The notes beneath the pieces were generated by a model. It was not told the origin of the DNA and made no database searches. It saw nothing but the letters and a program-made list of their open reading frames with translations. Position numbers and translations under genes: made by a program. A DNA stretch of 64,000 bases, taken from the IMG/VR virus record IMGVR_UViG_3300008262_000055; one strand, given 5' to 3'. The stretch is from a virus (taxonomy: Duplodnaviria > Caudoviricetes). Shown one piece after another: positions 58,701 through 64,000 of this stretch (within the stretch, counting starts at the first letter, position 1; every line of letters begins with the position of its first letter).

Positions 58701-59176
58701 TTGCTCTTTAATGTTAACCCGTCATTTCCTTCTATGTTTCCCGCAATCGTAGCATTTCCGTCAAGTAATACTATACCTGTACCGTGAGGCGATAGCTCTA
58801 TATTTTCATTGCTAATAACGCCTTGAATATAGTTGTCATTGAAAATTAAACTGGGAGTTTCTAAAATGTCAGCAAACAAAGTGCCTGTGGCATTTATAGT
58901 TACATTGCCGGTATAGCTGGTTATAGTTCCAGTATCTCCGTCAAGGTAGAGATTAGTTAACTGTGCATCATTATCAACTATTAACCCTACAGTGGATATA
59001 GTTCCGTCAACTGTAAGTTCTCTAGGCATAGCATTGGTATTGATACCAAGCCTGCGTGAATTTACATCGAGATAGAGATTGTTATCTCCAAACTGATTTT
59101 CAAAGACAAGGTCCACTCCCAACCGTTCAAGGTTGGCCTTAAGCATTGGACCGGAAATTCTACCTAGATCTGCCAA
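52706..59176 (-). CDS. Giant fibre, 2156 aa (paralogue of 46251..52586), TTG start
   Basis: LGRISGP.LKANL.R.GVDL.FE start, about 16 shaft repeats, Y.L.T.WD propeller insert; AAGGGG RBS; TAAATA at 59195-59200. Confidence 0.85.
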   Translation of the reverse strand: MADLGRISGPMLKANLERLGVDLVFENQFGDNNLYLDVNSRRLGINTNAMPRELTVDGTISTVGLIVDNDAQLTNLYLDGDTGTITSYTGNVTINATGTLFADILETPSLIFNDNYIQGVISNENIELSPHGTGIVLLDGNATIAGNIEGNDGLTLKSNITFGDNNTLDTLAFTAEIIGDLIPTLNEVYSIGSSDTKWNELHTELINGEFLITEDITSVANINPNVALRPGNSYYVSTLGEDSGIWNDGTHQLGGFRTIKHALSFATNGDTVTIYPGVYQETFPLEVPAGVTVNGTDIRTVIVEPDSSSEFKDCFLLNAGSTVSNLTVRDFFYNETTNEGYGFRFADGYDASERSPYVQNITVITQEVTGTLTPTNITVGPAPTGVSLTSDSVTLSKTFYSQALVDSLVGQTAVIDRYPNPPLFYTVISIATEPLSPTEWRMTVDTTFNPAGQLKPISFYPDVGTTQIITNDIWDTSGSSVGEKWVAYFKTNLPANFETTVEAGWTINVAGTIYIVDYIIEDPINTNQWRIYVTTSLVGGVGIPIFSSPTGSAAAPAGRGALVDGSAVVPQSITASMLFHSVTFIVPNSVGLYMTNGVRVEWLNSFTYFASKGLYATNGSLGRLSSDGSTTIYGAELRSIGSANVYGNVGAEGDGDSVLMYLINHNFAYIGTGTNVTNDPTTVIQVNETVTLNNARIYWQSDDHNGNFRVGEAFFVDQETGLVTFNGIGQSVSGINEIIFSDGTDITILNAEKIETGDVIFQGNLLSTATGDLNIKSAVAPQTLQTSNIAGNLDLTGNLSIDGTINIGNAGAIDTVTFASEVDSDIIPKYPNVSSLGSSVLTWNSIWLGKADFGEIVFDDNKIYTKSSNSDLELYAAGTGKVIFDALQVETGFDAVNILNLKDTNILGAFTQTGNQILTGNTTVSGDYQLSNNLALSVPSLSFGDISVDSNVISTAQSNSDLELRANGTGNIYVPINDVQIDQNLIYNNINSSNVQLSQITSDIFDAGVKIYGNVIETPAQDLIVNADGTGKVKTDSLLIDQDLTVNGTTNLKSITVDSINSTSEIILSGNAAITGNLAISNNLNVNYIEFEDISIQGNVISTTLANNDLLLQAAGLGKVLLQENVLVDNNVSVQNTISTNLASIAYQVTSSAMILNGVTVTGNAIESNNLNTNLVLDPVGLLNIVDTDLIADTYLSVLGSSNLLDLNISATVTHTNDLVRIGNADITGATTIQGFLSVSGTGQYQNLRIEGNRLSSNTNIELLAQPARLVVFNDDLIIENNLEIQGELISDDLTVRTQATGLSIFVDDILVQENFITTTVSNADLELRANGTGQVNITDNFEIDNNLTISGTSTLLNTQITDLVLVGQLNQTGNIIQTGDVSITGDLIADQFTNGDVIISGNTVATTSSNSDLELIASGGIGNIVIPNANVVIENDLTVNDAYIAVQNITFPNDVASDIYETDQIRIQNNYIETITSNTDLELAAHGTGRVTVQPTLEIATGQLNLTGNSTFTATAIDGIFGLTGTKQHTGAYNLAGEYNLTGNLTTNGQALFEDYNFIDFRIATTTSNSNIDLRAQGSAKILLNDSALLSQNLSVAGDIFSRNITGTTILTDTLFNDDIRIKDNFIETTLSNSNLHLLGSGTGRVILEKTSILNNIISTVDTNANLNVVPFTGRIVDFDKTDAVKLPTGTSLNKLTGLTGELRFNTSVSRFEGWTNNGAITYGGIFSRNRATSVRALDTDVLDFRVNNVSRMSINSSTVNLTALLTGSLLFSGNTISSISNSDINLTPGGINGDIVYSIDSSGQMLSAPATARTLRGIFFKPDGTVAFSYNNRNVVSYPLSTPWDISSIGDHTTFSIQDLNAITVGGMGTLNNTGPYFKYDGTKFWVMGNGGGFLNLNVFVFEYSLSTPWDITTASHINKVNIGIIALSQPWFNADGTKFYEINRNTAVSQVSFQVYTCATAWTIVGMTGPTTYTFSLPTGYYAKGQAFNDDGTAFWAIISNGSNTFIRNYTLGTAWDVTTMTFVIDYPSSLSYTEGIYQRASSTDLYLHTSTTISKFIPDTLNVVMGDILFTGTTLTNTDPTENMVLQNTGSGYIKFNTTTALVIPTGDSDSRPAMPEVGDIRFNTSTLAGTSTNATLAEIQELNEIYAILLG

Positions 59177-59217
59177 AATACGCCCCTTATTTGATATTTA
59201 TCGGAGCGATTGAGTGA

Positions 59218-60066
59218 TTATTGATCGTACCCGAAATAAACAATAACTGGTTTTGTGTCAGGTACTGCTGAAAGAAATTTAATATGCCAACCTGGTTTAG
59301 CAATCTTTACATTGTATGTACTAGGCCCAGTTTCGCCCGTAACTGTAACGGTTGGAGTGCTAGCACCTGTGTAACCAGTTCCCGGATTTGTAATATTAAT
59401 TTCTGTAATAGCACCAGTGCCGTCTGTAGTTCCTAACCCTGTTGCTGTTACACCCGTTACATCCGGAGCACTAAAAACTACAGGAATAGTTGTACTGCTT
59501 GGAGTTAAGCCTGTGCCGCCCGTAACTACTTCTACACCAACAACAATTCCGTCTGATTCTATTAAATCGAAGTTTGTACCCGAAACCTGAAATACGTTTT
59601 CTACAATGACTATCATGTTGTCAACGTAATCTAAAGGGTCGTGTCCTTGTTCTAACCCTGGAACATAGTCTAAAGGATCTCCGCTAATAGGAAACCATTT
59701 GCTGATATCTTCATTAGGTTGTAAAACTGCATCCCAGTTGCCTACTCCAAGTTCTTCTTTACGCACCCGGGCTGGTCCTGACATTCTTAATGGATACCAC
59801 TGTCCTTCGTAATACATTTCAAATCCTACTGGTCTAGTAGGATCCCAATAAACAGCAGTATCAGCGATCTCGTGGCCGCTGTTGGCATCTGTGTTATAGC
59901 GTATCATACCTTCTGTGGGGTAGTACGGTCTAAATATCTGTTCTCCAGTGGGCATTTTGATACTGCTTTTAGATTCAATATTAACTTGGTTGGTAGGATA
60001 TTGAATGATAAAAGTTTTATCATTTGGAGTATACTTAGAAAGATTTTGACTTTTAAGATATTTCAT
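59218..60066 (-). CDS. Virion/baseplate-associated fibre-type protein
   Basis: SIKMPTG...RP...GMIRYNT...E.Y..G.W module shared with the giant-fibre C-termini; C-terminal G...T...ITNPGTGY repeat. Confidence 0.7.
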   Translation of the reverse strand: MKYLKSQNLSKYTPNDKTFIIQYPTNQVNIESKSSIKMPTGEQIFRPYYPTEGMIRYNTDANSGHEIADTAVYWDPTRPVGFEMYYEGQWYPLRMSGPARVRKEELGVGNWDAVLQPNEDISKWFPISGDPLDYVPGLEQGHDPLDYVDNMIVIVENVFQVSGTNFDLIESDGIVVGVEVVTGGTGLTPSSTTIPVVFSAPDVTGVTATGLGTTDGTGAITEINITNPGTGYTGASTPTVTVTGETGPSTYNVKIAKPGWHIKFLSAVPDTKPVIVYFGYDQ

Positions 60067-60434
60067 ACAGGTAGTACACTCACCGTAGCAACAACTTTGC
60101 TGTTTTCAGAAGCACGGGCACGTATACTGTCGCCGGCACCTAACACAACTCTTTCAGTATCAAAGAATACTGTTTCCCCTGCTGGGATTCTTAAAGATTT
60201 AATAATAGCATTTACCAACGGATCGGCAGCAGCTCCGGACTTTACAAGATACACATCAATATTAGTATCTCCTCCTGCGGCACCGGTACTTAATGCTAGG
60301 GTCGAGTCGTCTGGATCAGCAACGTTACAGAATATCATAGTTGTTACAGCACTTTGAGAATTTAAATCTCCTGGGGTGCCCGGTGCTGTAAAAATTGTTT
60401 CAATGTCAACTGTTAATAATTTATTTTCTATCAT
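60063..60434 (-). CDS. Small beta-sandwich virion protein, family member C
   Basis: IFTAP...AVTTMIFCN...IDVYLV...IIKSLRIPAGET...RVVLGAGDSI. Confidence 0.7.
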   Translation of the reverse strand: MIENKLLTVDIETIFTAPGTPGDLNSQSAVTTMIFCNVADPDDSTLALSTGAAGGDTNIDVYLVKSGAAADPLVNAIIKSLRIPAGETVFFDTERVVLGAGDSIRARASENSKVVATVSVLPV

Positions 60435-60443
60435 GTTTGATCC

Positions 60444-61982
60444 TTAAAAAAGCATACTCATTACAAGAGCTTTTTGTTTACTTATTAGTTCATTTTTAAC
60501 AGGGTATGTTAAAAGATTAGCAGGAGTGTTTTCTGCCGCTGGGTTATTAGTTACCCATTGATCCCAACTTAGACTTTGTTTTAGATTATTAAAATATAGT
60601 CCAGTGCCACCGGGCGTTGGTCTTACTAATACATCGTCGTTGGGATTTCCGTATACTACTGTTGATCCTGCTACATAATTTAAAGCTACTGTAGGTGTAG
60701 CCTGTGCTTCAAACTGAATACCTCTGTTAATTTCAACTTTACCACTGCCTAATGTTGTAAGTTTAATATTAGTGTCAGTAATTATGTTAGCAATTTCATT
60801 ATCTTCAATTTCAAAATCTTGTATCTTAACTCTATTTTCGTAGAACGTTGAAGATAAAACACCGTCTACCACAACACGAACTTGACTTTCTGTCAGTGAT
60901 GGGTTAGCACCAGCACTAAATGTAATTAACGGAACATAATCGTACTCACCAGGATCATTGACTGTAATAGATGATATGGCTCTGTAACTGGGCGAAAACA
61001 CATCTAAGTCTACTGCGGCTATTGCTGAAGCAGTAAGTACGCCTGCTCCTAGGTCAGTTCCTGGTTGAAAATTAACTGTAACTGTTTCGTAATCGTTACC
61101 AGAATTAGTAATTTCAACTTCTTCTACACCCCATACTACATCAAACTTAGCTCCAAACCCTAAACCGTTGGTACTAGTTGATATGTTATAGATAGATGGC
61201 GGGATTCCAGCAAACAGTCCGCCATCTATAACGGTAAACGTTAATATTCCGCCGCTAACATCAACAGAATCAACACGGATTTTTCCGTCTCTACGAGTCG
61301 ATCCGCCTACTAATAATAATTCATCATTAACTGAGTAATTAGCACCCGGTACTGTTATTTGTGCTAATTGAATAGACATTATAGAGATAGCACTAGCACC
61401 ACCGTCAATGTCTTGAACTATTACATAAGTATCATCTCTTTTAATTTCGTTGTCTGGCTGTCTATTTAAAATAGCTACATCAACGTATTTCTTATTAGGT
61501 ACATCATCGTCTTGCGTAACTTGATTTTCGTAGTTAGTTGTTCCAGCAACAGAAATTACGCCTAATCCAGAACCAATAACAGTAAGATCGCCATTGTCTA
61601 TAAAAGGATTAGTTAAAATTCTTCTTACTTTTAAATTACTATCAGTGTACGATGATAGGCCTCCAGCAACAGTTACAATTTCCCAAGTACCTGCCGCCTC
61701 ATCATACCAAAATGTTGGAAACGGGTTTCTAGTAGAATCGTCGCTGAAACCTCGATCAATTTGTATACCGGCATAACCTTCAGTAACACCATCACCCGTT
61801 TCACCTTTGTTTAAGGTGATGATGTTATCTTCAATATCTAAATTTGTCACATTTACAGTTACATAGTCGCCTTCAACTCGTAAATTTCCAGTGACTAAGA
61901 CTTCATTGGTGTCAAGAGTTATCCTGCCATCAATCTGCGTTTTTATTTTATAATCGCAATTAGTCTGTAAAACCTGTGCCAT
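60444..61982 (-). CDS. Fibre/baseplate-wedge-like virion protein, 512 aa
   Basis: GNLRVEGD..TVN.TNL.IEDNII.LN.GE...AGI.IDRG module, G.GY..repeats; ends KALVMSMLF. Confidence 0.7.
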   Translation of the reverse strand: MAQVLQTNCDYKIKTQIDGRITLDTNEVLVTGNLRVEGDYVTVNVTNLDIEDNIITLNKGETGDGVTEGYAGIQIDRGFSDDSTRNPFPTFWYDEAAGTWEIVTVAGGLSSYTDSNLKVRRILTNPFIDNGDLTVIGSGLGVISVAGTTNYENQVTQDDDVPNKKYVDVAILNRQPDNEIKRDDTYVIVQDIDGGASAISIMSIQLAQITVPGANYSVNDELLLVGGSTRRDGKIRVDSVDVSGGILTFTVIDGGLFAGIPPSIYNISTSTNGLGFGAKFDVVWGVEEVEITNSGNDYETVTVNFQPGTDLGAGVLTASAIAAVDLDVFSPSYRAISSITVNDPGEYDYVPLITFSAGANPSLTESQVRVVVDGVLSSTFYENRVKIQDFEIEDNEIANIITDTNIKLTTLGSGKVEINRGIQFEAQATPTVALNYVAGSTVVYGNPNDDVLVRPTPGGTGLYFNNLKQSLSWDQWVTNNPAAENTPANLLTYPVKNELISKQKALVMSMLF

Positions 61983-61995
61983 GACGTATCCTAGA

Positions 61996-62403
61996 TTAGA
62001 TAGCGGTTAGTTGGATATAATCGCTAGTAGAATCGTTAACTAAAATCCAAGTATAACGATTATTACTAAAATCAGTAGCTACACGTTTTGTGATCTTAGC
62101 AATTGGAGTTGGAGCAGCAGCGTTACCGCCAATGTATCCGTTTAATCTCATCTCGCCATTACTGTCAGGAATAGCAGACTGTAGTACGCATGGTCCTAAA
62201 ATAGTGCCAGCTTGATTTTTTAGAACAAAAGTTTTAGCACCGCGTTGTTTGTAAATGTATGCGTAATTTGTTGAAGCATTGTACGTAGCATCAGTGTAAG
62301 CTGTGCCGCCTGCGTAGGCTTCAACTCTTACACCTGTGTTAGTAGTTGCTGGGGTACCGATGGCGTCTGTGCCAAGTACATCTTTTCTTAATGGACGTCC
62401 CAT
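61996..62403 (-). CDS. Hypothetical virion protein (MGRPL start)
   Basis: 135-aa ORF with AAGGAG RBS and a structured leader. Confidence 0.75.
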   Translation of the reverse strand: MGRPLRKDVLGTDAIGTPATTNTGVRVEAYAGGTAYTDATYNASTNYAYIYKQRGAKTFVLKNQAGTILGPCVLQSAIPDSNGEMRLNGYIGGNAAAPTPIAKITKRVATDFSNNRYTWILVNDSTSDYIQLTAI

Positions 62404-62490
62404 TTGTTTCTCCTTAATTTGACGTTCTAGGTCTACGCTGCGGGTTACAGCATAAGTTACTCTGCGAGTACGCTCTAGATACTTTATTTA
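62404..62490 (-). ncRNA. Candidate structured 5' leader RNA behind a TAAATA promoter at 62485-62490
   Basis: Three-way junction: UCUAG/CUAGA closing UACUC-GCA-GAGUA and UGCUG-UAACCCG-CAGCG; shares GUAA(A)CCCGCA..GUA with the 52587 leader. Confidence 0.5.
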
Positions 62491-62757
62491 TCCGCGGCTG
62501 AGTAAGGACATGAGTTCCATTTTTTCAGCTATAGCAATAATTCTATTAATTTCATCTAGTTCTTTCTGTGCTATTTCTAGATATTTTTTGCTTTTTGTTT
62601 GTCTATAATGAACACCAGCAATTGAAAAATTTTGTATATGCCGCTCTATTATATTTTCAATTTGATTAACATCATGATTAAACATAGAAAACTTTTTTCG
62701 CCAAATCTCTATTTGACGTCTAAGTTCTGGAAAATCTTGATCTGACTCAACCTTCAT
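62488..62757 (-). CDS. Hypothetical helical protein (start revised to ATG 62757)
   Basis: TAAATA (62763-62768) lies 5 nt before ATGAAGGTT. Confidence 0.7.
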   Translation of the reverse strand: MKVESDQDFPELRRQIEIWRKKFSMFNHDVNQIENIIERHIQNFSIAGVHYRQTKSKKYLEIAQKELDEINRIIAIAEKMELMSLLSRG

Positions 62758-62776
62758 GACGATATTTAAGTCAAAC

Positions 62777-62800
62777 AAAAAGGCTCCGAAGAGCCTTTTT
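62777..62800 (-). terminator. Rho-independent terminator after the major capsid gene (UUCG loop)
   Basis: AAAAAGGCTC-TTCG-GAGCCTTTTT; same GGCTC-TTCG-GAGCC core as 869-896. Confidence 0.85.
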
Positions 62801-62826
62801 GAAACATATAAAATGTTTTTACTAGA

Positions 62827-64000
62827 TTAGCTAAATTTAACGCTAGCGTAGTTGGTAGAAATATCAACTTTACCTAGGTAATCAGCTGCGTTACCTAGAG
62901 AAGAAGCTGCATTTGTTAACTCAACATAACCATAACGTGTCATGAAGCTTACGACTGGTTCAAATGTTGCTGGATCAAGTACAACACCGCTTGACATCAA
63001 TGGGATGTATGGGCAGTAGAATGCTGGAGCATCAGATTCGCTAGAACCTTTGTATCCGATCAACACATCTGTGTTGTCAGTTGCGTATGCGTCAACATAC
63101 ACTTTCATAGCACTGTTCAATGTACCAACAAACTTGGTGTTTGTAGGTGCTTCGAATGTACCTTCTGTTGTTCTTGCGAACGCAGAAGTTGTAGCACTTT
63201 GAAGAATTGTTAGTGCAAATGGGCTAACAACTGCGTAGTTACCAGCACCACGACGTGTACGCTGAGCGATCAAGTTAGCAACACGGTTGATTTGAACAGC
63301 TAAAGCAGCGTGTTCGTCACCAACGAATGTAGCAGTACCTGAAACGGCAGCTTGGTTATAAGTCTCAACTGCTGTACCAGCTAAGGTACGTAGTGAGCCA
63401 AGAACCTCTTGGTCAATTTCAGCTGTAATTTCTTGAGCTAAAGCAGCCATAATTTCTGCTTCGATGTCAATGCCTTGTTGGGCTTGTGCATCTTGAGCAG
63501 CTTCAAACGTCCAGCGAGCAGACAATTTACGTGTCTTAGCTTCAACTGTTTGTTTCAAGATTTGGATGCTCATCTTACGACCAGCCACACCTTCTAGGCT
63601 AGCAGTAGAAGCAGCTTTACCAGCAGGATCAGTACCAGTACCGGAGTAGCTAGTAGCGATCTTGAATGGGCTTAGAGCCTCTTCACCAGCTGATACGTTA
63701 TCGTTAGCATCGCTGTAACGAACACGTAGAGTGTGAATTTGACCAACTGGACCAGTCATTGGTTGTACACCAACGAGTTCATTAGCGATGACTGTAGGCA
63801 TCACACGTCTGATCACTGGAAGGATCACACGATTTAGGGTTGCAACGTTACCGGCAGAAGTAGCACCAGCAGTGGCACTCTCCGACAAATACTTGCGGGT
63901 ATTTTCAAGAGTAGTGGCCATTACTGAACGACGAGTTCCTTGTAGGCCTTCTAGAAGTGCCTCTTTGGTTTCCTGCCAGCGTGACTCGAGTAGTTCTGAC
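62827..64000 (-). CDS. gp23: Major capsid protein (start just beyond the right edge)
   Basis: Frame open to 64000 (SELLESRWQETKEALLEGL...); VGVQPMTGPVGQI, VEAKTRKL.ARWTFEAAQDA, EITAEIDQE, FYCPYIPL, F.P...FMTRYG. Confidence 0.97.
   Translation of the reverse strand, partial: SELLESRWQETKEALLEGLQGTRRSVMATTLENTRKYLSESATAGATSAGNVATLNRVILPVIRRVMPTVIANELVGVQPMTGPVGQIHTLRVRYSDANDNVSAGEEALSPFKIATSYSGTGTDPAGKAASTASLEGVAGRKMSIQILKQTVEAKTRKLSARWTFEAAQDAQAQQGIDIEAEIMAALAQEITAEIDQEVLGSLRTLAGTAVETYNQAAVSGTATFVGDEHAALAVQINRVANLIAQRTRRGAGNYAVVSPFALTILQSATTSAFARTTEGTFEAPTNTKFVGTLNSAMKVYVDAYATDNTDVLIGYKGSSESDAPAFYCPYIPLMSSGVVLDPATFEPVVSFMTRYGYVELTNAASSLGNAADYLGKVDISTNYASVKFS

Noticed and set aside
46251-59176. 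CRISPR-like array suggested by recurring GCACGTAATTC-type sequences
   Set aside because: These are in-frame coding repeats (ELRANGTG) with irregular spacing of hundreds of bases; no cas genes.
52587-62490. Assigning the two structured leaders to tRNA, hammerhead, twister, pistol or known riboswitch classes
   Set aside because: The required conserved cores (T-loop/anticodon arms, CUGAUGA/GAAA and so on) were not found by eye; an Rfam search is needed.

Overview
This is a 64-kb segment of the virion-morphogenesis region of a large T4-like (jumbo-type) myophage, in the standard genetic code with most genes on the minus strand. In window order it holds terminase large subunit (partial), a probable small terminase, gp4 head-completion nuclease, tail tube and sheath, an HNH protein, dNMP kinase, neck and tail-completion proteins gp13/14/15, about 40 kb of giant modular fibre genes (five of 1,800-2,700 aa), three Cys-rich paralogues and the major capsid protein (partial). 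Structural genes use a TAAATA late-promoter motif; six have it exactly 5 nt before ATG, suggesting leaderless transcripts. Three islands with host sigma70-type promoters sit inside this late region: dNMP kinase, a translationally coupled five-gene ADP-heptose operon (hldC-, hldA-like, cupin, HAD phosphatase, hldD), and a GT9 heptosyltransferase plus NodU/CmcH carbamoyltransferase pair. The best candidate new system is a phage heptosylation/carbamoylation pathway in which the cupin and HAD enzyme may replace GmhA and GmhB, with an RBS-occluding hairpin that would silence the transferase on read-through RNA. Also notable are two related structured 5' leaders, a repeated pairing of hydrophobic-tailed fibres with small beta-sandwich genes, and several frameshift/deletion scars that may be assembly errors. 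All calls come from motif recognition by eye; no searches were run.
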